Source: Verrucomicrobiota bacterium (GTDB lineage Bacteria; Verrucomicrobiota; Verrucomicrobiia; Limisphaerales; CANJXF01). Taken from it: a stretch of 64,000 nucleotides of DNA. Positions 20,885 to 33,210 of the stretch are shown here, in pieces (within the stretch, counting starts at the first letter, position 1; every line of letters begins with the position of its first letter). The stretch covers positions 1 to 64,000 of the forward strand of contig JBBQRQ010000010.1 of the NCBI GenBank assembly GCA_038214755.1, read 5' to 3'. The position numbers and the translations under genes are program-made. Under the pieces are notes generated by a model. It was not told the origin of the DNA, searched no databases, and was given only the letters and a program-made list of their open reading frames with translations.

Positions 20885-23152
20885 ATGCCGCCTGAAAACA
20901 GTCAACTCTTTCCTCTGCTCAAACAATATTTTGGCTTCACCTCATTTCGTCCGTTGCAGGAGGAAATCATTCGTGACTCTCTCGCGGGCAAAGATGTTTT
21001 CGCTTTGTTGCCGACGGGCGGTGGAAAATCACTTTGCTTCCAACTTCCGGCTCTGGCGCGGGAGGGTTTGACCGTGGTCGTCTCTCCGCTCATCGCGTTG
21101 ATGAAAGATCAGGTGGATGCGATGCGGGCCAGCGGTGTTCCGGCGACGTTTTTAAATTCTTCCCTCGATCCGCATGAAGCGCGCTCGCGTTTGCGGGGTT
21201 TGCACAATGGCGAATTTCGTTTGCTCTACGTCGCGCCGGAGCGGCTGATGATTTCCGGTTTTCTCGAAGACTTGAAACAATGGAAAATAAATCTCATCGC
21301 GGTTGACGAAGCGCATTGCATCAGCGAATGGGGGCATGATTTTCGCCCGGAATATCGGCAGCTCGCCGAGCTGCGCGATCATTTTCCAAACGTTCCGTTG
21401 ATGGCGCTCACTGCGACGGCGACCGAGCGCGTGCGCGACGACATCATCAAACATTTGCGGCTGCGGGGAGCGAACGGCGAGACCAACTCCCGCCCCACCG
21501 CGATGTCTCGCCTCGCCATTTACGTCGCGAGTTTTAATCGGCCAAATTTGATTTATCGCGTGCTGGCGAAAAACAAACCGTACGAACAAACACTGGCCTT
21601 CGTCCGCGAACGTCCACAGGAAAGCGGAATCGTTTATTGTCAAAGCCGGAAAACCGCGGAGATGGTGGCCAACCGTTTGACCGCCGATGGGGTGAAAGCC
21701 AAACCGTATCACGCCGGCCTCGAACAAAAAGATCGCGCCACCAATCAGGAATTATTTTTGCGCGATGAAGTTCGCGTGATCTGCGCCACGATTGCTTTTG
21801 GAATGGGCATCAACAAATCAAACGTGCGTTTTGTGATTCACTACGATCTGCCGAAAAATATCGAAGGTTATTATCAGGAAACGGGGCGCGCCGGACGCGA
21901 CGGTTTGCCGAGCGAATGTGTTTTGCTTTTCAGCGCAGGCGACGTGGTGAAGCAAATGCAATTCATCGACGAGAAAAGTGCGCAGGAACAAAAAATTGCG
22001 CGGGAACAATTGCAGCAGATGGTGCATTACGCCGAGTGCGCGGTTTGTCGGCGGGCGGAATTGCTGGCGTATTTTGGGGAGACGTTCGGAACGCCGAACT
22101 CCCGTTCGGCAGCGGGCGAGAACTTGCGCCAACATGCCGATCAGGAGATCGGCGCTCCGAATTGCGGCGGGTGCGATAATTGTCTTTCCCCTCGCGCCAC
22201 TTTTGACGGAACACTCGCCGCGCAAAAATTTCTTTCGTGCGTTTATCGCATTCGCGAAAAAAGTGGATTTGGCGTGGGCCTGAATCACGTCATCGAAGTT
22301 TTGACCGGAGCGGAAACGGAAAAGATTCGTCGCTGGCATCACGAACAACTTTCCACCTACGACATTGGAAAAGAACACACTCGCCAGGAGTGGGGCGCGA
22401 TTGGCCGCGAGTTGGTGCGGCTGGGCTATCTTCGGCAGACGACGGAGAAATTCAGTGTGCTCGAATTGACCGAGGAAGGCCGCGCGGTTTTGTCCAAGCG
22501 CAAATCAGTGACGCTCACAAAGCCTGTCACCGCGCCGGAAACAAAAACACAACGCGCCGGAGAAATTTCCTGCGATGAAATTTTGTTTGAACGTTTGCGG
22601 CAGGTGCGCAAAACGCTGGCCGACGAGCGCGCCGTGCCGTCCTACATTATTTTTTCCGATGTTTCGTTGCGGCAAATGGCGCGGACTTATCCGGCGAACG
22701 AACAGGAGTTCGCGCGCATCAGCGGCGTGGGCGAAAAAAAATTGCAGGAGTTCGGCGAAACATTTCTCTCGGAAATCGCGGCGCATTTGCAAAGCAGCCC
22801 GCGCCAGATTTTTGCCGAGGAAATTTTTGTCGCGCCGATTGCCACCAAACCGTATCTCAACACCACGGCGCGCGAGACGTTGAAATATTTCCAGGCTGGC
22901 GAAACTGTTGAAGCGATTGCGCGTCGGCGCGGTTTTGCGGTCAGCACGATTTACGGCCATCTGGCGACGGCGATTGAGGCGGGTGAAAAAATTGAGTTGC
23001 ACCAATTTCTGAACGCCGAAGAACAAAAGGAGATCGCGGCGGCATTCTCCAAATTTGGTTTTGGGAATATCACGGGCGTGAAGGAATCGTTGGGAGATAA
23101 ATTTGATTACGGGTTGTTGCGAATTTTTCGCGCGGCTAAACAACGCGGGTAG
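20885..23152 (+). CDS. recQ: ATP-dependent DNA helicase RecQ (helicase, RQC, HRDC, C-terminal HTH)
   Basis: LPTGGGKSLCFQLP, VDEAHCISEWGHDFRPEY, QETGRAGRDG, CRR...CGGCDNC, HRDC VPSYIIFSD. Confidence 0.96.
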   Translation: MPPENSQLFPLLKQYFGFTSFRPLQEEIIRDSLAGKDVFALLPTGGGKSLCFQLPALAREGLTVVVSPLIALMKDQVDAMRASGVPATFLNSSLDPHEARSRLRGLHNGEFRLLYVAPERLMISGFLEDLKQWKINLIAVDEAHCISEWGHDFRPEYRQLAELRDHFPNVPLMALTATATERVRDDIIKHLRLRGANGETNSRPTAMSRLAIYVASFNRPNLIYRVLAKNKPYEQTLAFVRERPQESGIVYCQSRKTAEMVANRLTADGVKAKPYHAGLEQKDRATNQELFLRDEVRVICATIAFGMGINKSNVRFVIHYDLPKNIEGYYQETGRAGRDGLPSECVLLFSAGDVVKQMQFIDEKSAQEQKIAREQLQQMVHYAECAVCRRAELLAYFGETFGTPNSRSAAGENLRQHADQEIGAPNCGGCDNCLSPRATFDGTLAAQKFLSCVYRIREKSGFGVGLNHVIEVLTGAETEKIRRWHHEQLSTYDIGKEHTRQEWGAIGRELVRLGYLRQTTEKFSVLELTEEGRAVLSKRKSVTLTKPVTAPETKTQRAGEISCDEILFERLRQVRKTLADERAVPSYIIFSDVSLRQMARTYPANEQEFARISGVGEKKLQEFGETFLSEIAAHLQSSPRQIFAEEIFVAPIATKPYLNTTARETLKYFQAGETVEAIARRRGFAVSTIYGHLATAIEAGEKIELHQFLNAEEQKEIAAAFSKFGFGNITGVKESLGDKFDYGLLRIFRAAKQRG
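22085..22161. repeat. Family-C palindrome in frame inside recQ Zn-binding region
   Basis: ttcggaacgccgaactcccgttcggca ... tgccgatcaggagatcggcgctccgaa; encodes FGTPNSRSAAGENLRQHADQEIGAPN. Confidence 0.85.
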
Positions 23153-23662
23153 CATCTGCCTCCGGCGGGTGCGAAAATGTCACATATTTGAGAGGCCGCG
23201 AAAAACTCCACCCTCGTCAACAGCATTTGCAAATTCTTCAAAACCCATATTTCCGATGGAAAGATTATTTTCTACCGAAGGAACTTGGGCCGGAAGAGAG
23301 CGAAATCGTCGTCCCCTTACTTCCAACAAATCAACGATGAGCAACGGATGGTCGGATTGTGAAATCGATACATCATCGGCCACCACCATGAAGCTGTGAG
23401 GATAATCTTCTGAAACCATTTCTATCAACTGTTCTACTGTCACTCCATTGTTCTCGTGGTCATCGAGAAACTCCATGTTGAATATGAATGGATCTTCAGG
23501 CTGTTGCACTGTCTCAACAATTTGATCCCATGAACTTTGATCTGAGAAATCCGGATAATTAGAGCGCTTTCTGTAACTGGAATATTCTTCATAAATTATC
23601 TGTGGTTGGGGGTATAAACATTATAACCAATTCACCGCACCCGCCGGAGGCAGGTGCTACCC
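23146..23662. mobile_element. Family-E inverted arms bracketing an AT-rich cargo gene
   Basis: Left arm cgggtagcatctgcctccggcgggtgcg (from 23146); right arm cgcacccgccggaggcaggtgctaccc (23636-23662). Confidence 0.7.
23180..23592 (-). pseudogene. DUF6924-like protein, frameshifted near the N-terminus
   Basis: ATG at 23592 gives MKNIPVTESALIIR, then another frame continues DFSDQSSWDQIVETV...VENNLSIGNMGFEEFANAVDEGGVFRG. The expected RTDFSD motif is broken by a small deletion near 23552. Confidence 0.65.
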
Positions 23663-23677
23663 ACGCCTTAGGTTTTA

Positions 23678-26209
<2,532 letters not shown>

Positions 26210-26304
26210 GAGTGGGGGACGTTTGCAAAAGGATATCCGATTGCCAACTAATTTTTTCTCTATTGGCCTGAATCTTTAGCCGGGCAGACCCTCAGTTGCG
26301 GCTA

Positions 26305-27093
26305 TTATTTTGAAACAGTGGTGTGTTCGCGTAGCCAAGCCAGGTCGAGATTGGTCATTGAATTAACGCCATGGGGCAAAATTGCGTCCGTCACGGGAGG
26401 CCGGGTGCGCGCGTCTTTCCAGCGATGGCTTGCGGCGTGGCCATCGGCAAAGATCAAAACACCGGAGGAATTATGGAGGCTCGACGGATAATGAAAGAAA
26501 GTATCTTGGTTCATGTAACTAATGAATGCCGGGAAACAAAGGCTTTGCGGATGCACGTCCTGGAAAACATAAATTTCAACGGGCTTTGAAATCTCGCTCG
26601 ATTTTTTGAACTGGCGGTAATTAGACGACAGATAAGTGGTGATGGAAGGCGTTGGCGCCAGGTAACAATTCATCGCGTAGCTGCGAATTTTCGGTTTGTC
26701 CGTCCCGACAACTTTACTTTGATCCATCGGGCATTTGTAAATGGCGGCGGATTTCGTATACACAGCCAGAGAGGCATTTTCCGGATCGATCAAATAAGCG
26801 GGGTCCGTCATGGCCGGCAGGAAAAAATGGGTGGCGCCCAGCACCCAAAGTTTGTTCAGAGGGTCGGGTGCGGCAGCTGCGCCGTTCAACGCGAGGAAGC
26901 TACGATTGTCATCGGCGTAAATGGACCACGCCAGCATCAATTGCCGCTCGTTACTCGTGCATTGAATGCGTTTGGCCTGGGCTTTTCCTTTGCCCAAAGC
27001 CGGCAACAACAATGCGGCAAGAATGGCGATGATCGCAATAACCACCAGCAGTTCGACCAGCGTAAACGCACGGCAAGAAACCCGGGTTATCAC
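26305..27093 (-). CDS. Prepilin-type N-terminal cleavage/methylation protein with H-X9-DG motif
   Basis: [25 protein letters not shown] ... [13 protein letters not shown]. Confidence 0.9.
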   Translation of the reverse strand: MITRVSCRAFTLVELLVVIAIIAILAALLLPALGKGKAQAKRIQCTSNERQLMLAWSIYADDNRSFLALNGAAAAPDPLNKLWVLGATHFFLPAMTDPAYLIDPENASLAVYTKSAAIYKCPMDQSKVVGTDKPKIRSYAMNCYLAPTPSITTYLSSNYRQFKKSSEISKPVEIYVFQDVHPQSLCFPAFISYMNQDTFFHYPSSLHNSSGVLIFADGHAASHRWKDARTRPPVTDAILPHGVNSMTNLDLAWLREHTTVSK

Positions 27094-27168
27094 AAAGAAA
27101 ACTTTCTCACCGCCTTCGGATTTCGAGGCGGAATGCGCTTCCAGCGATTGAACTGAGTCAAATTCAAT

Positions 27169-27984
27169 TTATTTTTCTGCGCTGGCGTGCTCGCGCAGCC
27201 AGCGGATGTCCGCGTTTCCAGGCGAAGGATCTTTGTGGGTATGATACCTCGGCGAAAATCCTTTGAGCGTGAACGGGTCCATCCACCGATGTTGACTGAC
27301 ATGGCCGTCGCCAAAGGCAATCACCCCGCTCTTCGAATGATAAACCGCTGGGAAATTGAAAAATTGCTCCGGCACTTTGTTCATATAAACGCCGAAGTAA
27401 GGCCAGCAAATACTGTCTGGATTTACATCTTGAAAAACGAAAAGATCGGATGCGCCCGGTTTGATCATCTGGGTCGTTTTGCGATAAAAAAGGTAATTGC
27501 TCGAAAGCCGCGTATCCCACGGACCAAACCAGCCGACGTAGGCATTCATCGAATAACTTCGGAGCTTGGGATAAGCCTTCGTCCCGATCTTAATTTCCCG
27601 TTTATCCGCCGGGCAGCGATAACTTGTGATCGTCTTGAGGTAAGGCGCAAATTGCGCGTAACGCGGATCAAGAAGCAGATTCACGTTCGTATCATCCGTT
27701 GAATAATAAAACACGCCCTGGATCCAAAATTTCTTATTCGGGTTTCCGCCGACTTCCGGCATACCGTTGTTTGCGACCGCGTCGTTATTGTCGCCGGCGT
27801 ACATCAACCACGATTGGATCAATTGTTTTTCATTGGCGAGGCAAACAGCGGTGTAGCCCCGCAGTTTTGCCTTCGCCAGCGCGGGCAGCAGCAACCCGGC
27901 GAGGACAGCAATGATGGCGATGACAACCAGTAGTTCGATCAACGTAAAAGCGGTCGGAAATTTTTTTTGAAGAAATGTTTTCAT
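27169..27984 (-). CDS. Prepilin-type N-terminal cleavage/methylation protein with H-X9-DG motif (tandem paralog)
   Basis: [25 protein letters not shown] ... HSKSGVIAFGDGH. Confidence 0.9.
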   Translation of the reverse strand: MKTFLQKKFPTAFTLIELLVVIAIIAVLAGLLLPALAKAKLRGYTAVCLANEKQLIQSWLMYAGDNNDAVANNGMPEVGGNPNKKFWIQGVFYYSTDDTNVNLLLDPRYAQFAPYLKTITSYRCPADKREIKIGTKAYPKLRSYSMNAYVGWFGPWDTRLSSNYLFYRKTTQMIKPGASDLFVFQDVNPDSICWPYFGVYMNKVPEQFFNFPAVYHSKSGVIAFGDGHVSQHRWMDPFTLKGFSPRYHTHKDPSPGNADIRWLREHASAEK

Positions 27985-28095
27985 TCGACCGGCACCCAGT
28001 TTTTCGATGCTCCGCTTTTATGTGGCGTTGTCAATCGCAACCACGTGCCTCCGACCGCAATGGGCGCATCTTGAGGGCGTGTTGCCCAAATGAAA

Positions 28096-28193
28096 AGGAG
28101 CGCGGACGTTCTCGTCCGCGTGTTTGAAAACGGACAAAACCCTTGTGCTTTCGTCCCTCACGATTCACGCGGACGAAGAACGTCCGCGCTCCT
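28096..28193. repeat. REP-like palindrome, family F
   Basis: aggagcgcggacgttctcgtccgcg ... cgcggacgaagaacgtccgcgctcct; second copy at 39186-39276. Confidence 0.85.
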
Positions 28194-28333
28194 ACTGTTT
28201 GGGCAACACGTCCTCAAGATGCGCCCGACCGAAACGCAGCCCGGCTGGAATTCAAATCGCCTTCTCACTCGAAATCCCGTTTTGCCTTGTCGCGCTACGA
28301 TGCTGTCCGCATCTTCTGCGCGTGTCCGACCGC

Positions 28334-29341
28334 ATGATTTCAGAAGTCTTGACCAAGCCCGACGCCGCTTTGGAGATGACACTGCGCCCATCGATTTTTT
28401 CCGATTTCACCGGCCAGGTAAAAGTCAAAGAGCGTTTGGAAATCGCCGTGCAAGCGGCCAAACAACGCGGTGAAGCGATTGATCATATTCTTTTGAGCGG
28501 CCCGCCCGGTTTGGGAAAAACAACTCTGGCGCACATCATTGCCAAAGCGATGGAGACAAATTTGAAATGCACTTCCGGCCCGACGATTGAAAAGGCGGGC
28601 GACCTCGCGGGCTTGCTCACGAATCTCGAAGAAGGCGACGTGCTATTCATCGACGAAATCCATCGCCTGCAAAAAACCATCGAGGAATATTTGTATCCCG
28701 CGATGGAGGATTTCAAACTCGACATCATCATCGACCAGGGGCCGAACGCGCGCAGTGTTCGATTGAATTTGCCGCGCTTCACTTTGATTGGCGCGACGAC
28801 GCGGAGCGGTTTGTTGACGGCGCCATTGCTCACGCGTTTTCCGATTCGGGAGCGAGTGGATTATTATCACGCCGAGCAATTGGAAAAAATTGTCACGCGT
28901 TCCGCGAATTTGTTGAGCATTGAAATTGAGGAACAAGGTTCGAAAGAAATCGCGCGACGCAGTCGAGGCACGCCACGGATCGCCAATAATTTGTTGCGCC
29001 GTGTTCGCGACTACGCTCAAGTCCGGGGGGATGGCCGAATCACCGCGGCAATTGCCGATCAGGCGCTGGCGATGTTGGAAATCGATCAAAATGGTCTCGA
29101 CGAAATGGACAAAAGAATTTTGGAAGCGATCATCGTGAAATTTGGCGGCGGGCCGGTCGGGCTGGGCTCGCTCGCCGTCGCGGTCGGCGAGGAGCCGGAC
29201 ACTTTGGAAGAAGTCTATGAACCGTATTTGATCATGGAAGGCTACTTGAATCGCACGTCGCAAGGCCGCGTCGCCACGGAACTCAGTTACAAAAAACTTG
29301 GGCTGAAACCGCTGGCGGGAAATCAGACGAAGCTGTTTTAA
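28334..29341 (+). CDS. ruvB: Holliday junction branch migration helicase RuvB
   Basis: [63 protein letters not shown]. Confidence 0.97.
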   Translation: MISEVLTKPDAALEMTLRPSIFSDFTGQVKVKERLEIAVQAAKQRGEAIDHILLSGPPGLGKTTLAHIIAKAMETNLKCTSGPTIEKAGDLAGLLTNLEEGDVLFIDEIHRLQKTIEEYLYPAMEDFKLDIIIDQGPNARSVRLNLPRFTLIGATTRSGLLTAPLLTRFPIRERVDYYHAEQLEKIVTRSANLLSIEIEEQGSKEIARRSRGTPRIANNLLRRVRDYAQVRGDGRITAAIADQALAMLEIDQNGLDEMDKRILEAIIVKFGGGPVGLGSLAVAVGEEPDTLEEVYEPYLIMEGYLNRTSQGRVATELSYKKLGLKPLAGNQTKLF

Positions 29342-29407
29342 ACGAGCAGGAGGAGAAGAAATTATTTCCGCCTACTGCGGAACGCCAACGAAAGATGCTT
29401 GAACCCA

Positions 29408-29595
29408 AAATCCGAAATCCGCGAGCCGAAAGAAATCCGAAGCCCGAAGGCCGAAAGTGGTGCGGAATTGTGCTGGTGACAAAGCAGTTTTCTGGACGGT
29501 GGCCGGAAATCGTTTTCGGAATTGGGATTTCGAACTTCTTTCGGATTTCGGGGATTCGGATTTCGGATTTCGGATTTCGGATTTCGGATTTCGGC
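29408..29595. repeat. ATCCGAA / TTCGGAT heptamer element with inverted arms between convergent ruvB and atpG
   Basis: aatccgaaatccg...aaatccgaagcccgaaggccgaa ... ttcggatttcggatttcggatttcggatttcggatttcgg. Confidence 0.85.
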
Positions 29596-29629
29596 TTGAA
29601 TGTTCCAACACCAAAAACTCAAAACTTTC

Positions 29630-30505
29630 TTAACTCATCGCCATTGCCGCACTGGTAATTTCGAGAAGCTCTTTGGTGATGTTGGCCTGACGCAGCTTGT
29701 TGTATTCGAGCGTGAGGTCTTTGATGAGTTGCTGGGCGTTATCAGTCGCGTTTTTCATCGCCACCATGCGCGCGCTGTGTTCACTCGCCTTCGCTTCCAA
29801 CAAAATTTGATAAACCTGGAAATTTAAATAGTGCGGCAATAATGCGCCCAGCACGGTCGCGGCGTTTGGCTCAAACAAATATTCTGTCGCGCTCAAAGTA
29901 TCTTTTTCCACTTCCGTCGAATGGACGCCCGCCGTGACTCCTTTGATTTCTCCGACGGGCATGAGTTGGCGCACTTCCGGTTTTTGATTAAGCGTAGAAA
30001 TAAAATTCGTGAAAAGAATATCCACGTGATCGACGTCGCCTTTGCTGAAAAGTTCGCGCGCAAATTTTGAAATGGCGCGGGCTTCGGCAAATAGCGGCGC
30101 ATCTTTGTAGGTAAATTCCGCGGCGAGCTGGCGTTTGGTTCGGGCGACGAACTGCGATGATTTTCTTCCCGCAGTGATATAGACGGTCGTATTTTTGTCG
30201 AATTTTGCCGCTTCGCGAAGGAGATTGCTGTTGAGCGCGCCAGCCAATCCTTTGTCGCTGCTGATCACGATCACCGCGCGTTTTTTTACTTTGCGCACTT
30301 CGGTCAACGGATGAGTGAAGTCGCCCGCGCTCGCCACGACTTCCGCCAACACCGCGTTCATCAAGCTGGCGTAAGGACGACCAGCGATGGCGGCGAGTTG
30401 CGCTTTGCGCATTTTCGAGGCGGCGACCATCTGCATCGCCTTGGTAATTTGCGCCGTGTTTTTGACCGACTTGATGCGCCGGCGAATGTCGCGTGTGCTG
30501 GGCAT
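29630..30505 (-). CDS. atpG: ATP synthase F1 gamma subunit
   Basis: IRRRIKSVKNTAQITKAMQMVAASK, SDKGLAGALN, SEHSARMVAMKNATDNA, RQANITKEL. Confidence 0.97.
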   Translation of the reverse strand: MPSTRDIRRRIKSVKNTAQITKAMQMVAASKMRKAQLAAIAGRPYASLMNAVLAEVVASAGDFTHPLTEVRKVKKRAVIVISSDKGLAGALNSNLLREAAKFDKNTTVYITAGRKSSQFVARTKRQLAAEFTYKDAPLFAEARAISKFARELFSKGDVDHVDILFTNFISTLNQKPEVRQLMPVGEIKGVTAGVHSTEVEKDTLSATEYLFEPNAATVLGALLPHYLNFQVYQILLEAKASEHSARMVAMKNATDNAQQLIKDLTLEYNKLRQANITKELLEITSAAMAMS

Positions 30506-30507
30506 GA

Positions 30508-31062
30508 TTAAATTCTTTTCTTAATTCGATAGGGAGGCGCTTCCTCGCGCATGTGAAAACCAATTTCGGGCTTAGGCGTCGCGGGCGGGGCGAGCAATTG
30601 GCGGATCGCTGCGAATAAATTTCCAAGCGCCTGGTCGTGTCCGTCGAGACGCTGTTCCAGTTCGGCAAATTTTTGGGCGAGTTCTTTATTGGTCGCCAAC
30701 ATTTCGCGCAAGTTGACGAACGCTCGAACGACTCGAACGCTGGCTTCGATTGCGACGGAACTGTTGAGAACACTCGCCAACATAATGACTCCATGCTCGG
30801 TGAAAACCCACGGCAACTTCCGATGCCCTCCATGCGAACTTGAGGTCGCAATTTGCGACCTCAAGTTTGCAAACTCCTGGCGGGTAAGTTGAAACGCAAA
30901 GTCTTCTGGGAACCGTCGCAGATTCCTTTTCAATGCCTGGTTAAGGACAGTCGTCGCAACACCGTAAATTTTGGCCAACTCAGTATCCAACATCACCTTT
31001 TGTCCGCGAACCAAAAGAATCAGTTCTTCGAATCTTTCCACTCGTTGGATTTTGTTAGCCAT
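30508..31062 (-). CDS. ORF6N-domain DNA-binding protein inserted in the atp operon
   Basis: VRGQKVMLDTELAKIYGV...LNQALKRN..RFPEDFAFQLT...LRSQIATSS..GG.RKLPWVFTEHGVIMLASVLNS; C-terminal coiled coil and IGFH. Confidence 0.9.
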   Translation of the reverse strand: MANKIQRVERFEELILLVRGQKVMLDTELAKIYGVATTVLNQALKRNLRRFPEDFAFQLTRQEFANLRSQIATSSSHGGHRKLPWVFTEHGVIMLASVLNSSVAIEASVRVVRAFVNLREMLATNKELAQKFAELEQRLDGHDQALGNLFAAIRQLLAPPATPKPEIGFHMREEAPPYRIKKRI

Positions 31063-31089
31063 AACCTCCGGGATTGTAGGCGGTTAGAG

Positions 31090-31118
31090 ACTTGATATCA
31101 CAATTTGTGATATCAAGT
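31090..31118. promoter_or_regulatory. Perfect 14-bp-arm palindrome upstream of ORF6N, paralogous to a palindrome inside the gene
   Basis: acttgatatcacaa-t-ttgtgatatcaagt; internal copy aacttgaggtcgcaa-t-ttgcgacctcaagtt at 30837-30867. Regulatory role is inferred. Confidence 0.6.
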
Positions 31119-31133
31119 TTCCTTCATTTTAGA

Positions 31134-32666
31134 TTACTTATACGTCTGTTTAAACTCCGTCACCGCTGCTTTCAAATCGGCAATGAGCGCGTCGCTTAGC
31201 GCTTTTTCTTTTGAAATTTTTCCCATCAACTCGGATTTACGGTTCGACAAATAATCGGTCAGCTTGCCTTGAAAATCTTTGATCTTGTCCACCGCGACAT
31301 CATCCATCAAACCGTTTTGCACAGTCCAGAGAACTGCCGACTGCACTTCGACGGGCATCGGGTTGTATTGCGGCTGTTTGAAAACTTCGACGATGCGTTT
31401 GCCGCGTTCGAGTTGCGCTTGCGTTTTCGCATCGAGGTCAGAACCGAATTGCGCGAAGGCGGCGAGTTCACGGAATTGCGCGAGATCGCCTTTGATACGT
31501 CCAGCGACTTGTTTCATCGCTTTGATTTGCGCAGCGGAACCGACGCGCGACACGGACAAACCGACAGAAACCGCGGGACGAATGCCTTGATAAAATAAAT
31601 CGGTTTCCAAATAAATTTGTCCGTCGGTGATGGAAATAACATTCGTCGGAATGTAAGCCGAGACGTCGCCGGCTTGCGTTTCGATGATGGGCAAAGCGGT
31701 CAAAGAACCGTTGCCATATTTTTCACTGACGCGCGCGGAACGTTCGAGCAAACGGCTGTGCAAATAGAACACATCACCGGGATACGCTTCGCGACCCGAC
31801 GGACGTTTCAAGACGAGAGAGACTTGCCGAAATGCGACGGCGTGCTTCGACAAATCGTCAAAAATAATCAGCGCGTCCATTCCATTGTCCATGAACCATT
31901 CGCCCATCGCCGCTCCAGCGAAGGGCACGAGATACTGGTTCGTCGCCGAATCCGAAGAAGCCGCCACGACGACAATCGTGTAAGGCATCGCGCCCGCTTC
32001 TTCGAGCACGTTGATGACGCGCGCGACGTTCGATTGCTTCTGACCGATCGCGACGTAAATGCTATACATCGGGCGAAAATCTTTCTCGCCACTGGCTTCA
32101 GCGGTTTTGTTCAAACGCGCTTGAGAAATAATTGTGTCCACGCCAATCGTCGTTTTACCAGTGGAACGGTCGCCGATAATTAATTCCCGTTGACCGCGCC
32201 CAATCGGGATCATCGCGTCGATGGCCATGATGCCGGTCTGCACCGGTTGGCTGACTGATCGGCGCTTGATAATGCCGGGCGCGATTTTTTCGACGGGATA
32301 AGCAACCTCGCTTTTAACCGGCCCCTTGCCGTCGAGCGGTTGGCCAAGGGAATTTACGACGCGACCAAGCAAACCTTTGCCGACGGGAACTTGAAGCAAC
32401 TTGCCCGTGGTTTTGACTTCCTGGCCTTCTTTGATGCCGGTGTAATCGCCGAGAATAATCGCGCCGACCTCGGTTTCTTCGAGGTTCAACGCCAGACCGA
32501 CGACGCCATTGCCGAAGTCCAACATCTCGTTCAACATCGCGTCCGTCAGGCCTTCGATCTTCGCCACGCCGTCGCCAATTTCGCGAACGATGCCGACGTT
32601 TTGTTTGGCCACGGCCGTTTTTGCTCCCGAAATTTTCGATTCGATTTCTTCTAGTAATGTGCTCAT
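31134..32666 (-). CDS. atpA: ATP synthase F1 alpha subunit
   Basis: [53 protein letters not shown]. Confidence 0.98.
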   Translation of the reverse strand: MSTLLEEIESKISGAKTAVAKQNVGIVREIGDGVAKIEGLTDAMLNEMLDFGNGVVGLALNLEETEVGAIILGDYTGIKEGQEVKTTGKLLQVPVGKGLLGRVVNSLGQPLDGKGPVKSEVAYPVEKIAPGIIKRRSVSQPVQTGIMAIDAMIPIGRGQRELIIGDRSTGKTTIGVDTIISQARLNKTAEASGEKDFRPMYSIYVAIGQKQSNVARVINVLEEAGAMPYTIVVVAASSDSATNQYLVPFAGAAMGEWFMDNGMDALIIFDDLSKHAVAFRQVSLVLKRPSGREAYPGDVFYLHSRLLERSARVSEKYGNGSLTALPIIETQAGDVSAYIPTNVISITDGQIYLETDLFYQGIRPAVSVGLSVSRVGSAAQIKAMKQVAGRIKGDLAQFRELAAFAQFGSDLDAKTQAQLERGKRIVEVFKQPQYNPMPVEVQSAVLWTVQNGLMDDVAVDKIKDFQGKLTDYLSNRKSELMGKISKEKALSDALIADLKAAVTEFKQTYK

Positions 32667-32685
32667 AAATTTTCTCTGACTTCAG

Positions 32686-33087
32686 TTACGCGGACTTAAA
32701 ACTTTCATTCAACTCATCCAAGCGCGCACGCACGCTCCCATCGTAAACATCGCTGCCCACTTGCACCCTCGTCCCGCCGATGAGTGAGGGATTTTCGGCG
32801 AAGGACAATTGCAATCCTTTTCCGTAGCGCGATTCCAATGTCATTTTTATTTTGGTTTGCATCTCTGGAGTGAGAGTCGTTGCGCTTTCAACTTTTGCGG
32901 TGCGCCGGGCTTCGTCCAACTTCAACAACCGCTGAAAATGGGAAAGAATGGCGGCATAACCTCGCGGCTTTTTGGACAAGACTTCATCCACCACTTTCCG
33001 GGCGCGATTTTCATCGAGCACCCCATCGCGTTGCGCGGCGCGAAATAAATCTTTCGCGTAGCGCCGGGCTTGTTTGGAAATTCTCAT
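32686..33087 (-). CDS. atpH: ATP synthase F1 delta subunit (short form)
   Basis: ARRYAKDLF ... ENPSLIGGTRVQVGSDVYDGSVRARL; position between atpF and atpA. The upstream part of the listed ORF is REP sequence. Confidence 0.9.
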   Translation of the reverse strand: MRISKQARRYAKDLFRAAQRDGVLDENRARKVVDEVLSKKPRGYAAILSHFQRLLKLDEARRTAKVESATTLTPEMQTKIKMTLESRYGKGLQLSFAENPSLIGGTRVQVGSDVYDGSVRARLDELNESFKSA

Positions 33088-33093
33088 TTTAAA

Positions 33094-33208
33094 TTGTAGC
33101 GGCGCGTCTGTGACCGCCGCTGAATAAATTGTAGCGGTGTCTGTGACCGCCGCTGAAATAAATCCCAAAAGAAAAAAATTAGCGGCGGTCACAGACGCGC
33201 CGCTACAA
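33094..33208. repeat. REP-like palindrome, family G (two left arms, one right arm) between atpF and atpH
   Basis: gtagcggcgcgtctgtgaccgccgct twice (33096, 33131; second copy with a small deletion), then agcggcggtcacagacgcgccgctac. Confidence 0.88.
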
Positions 33209-33210
33209 GA

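Noticed and set aside
29362..29658. Short ORFs with RNPKSEI or RISDFG repeats
   Set aside because: Products of the heptamer array.
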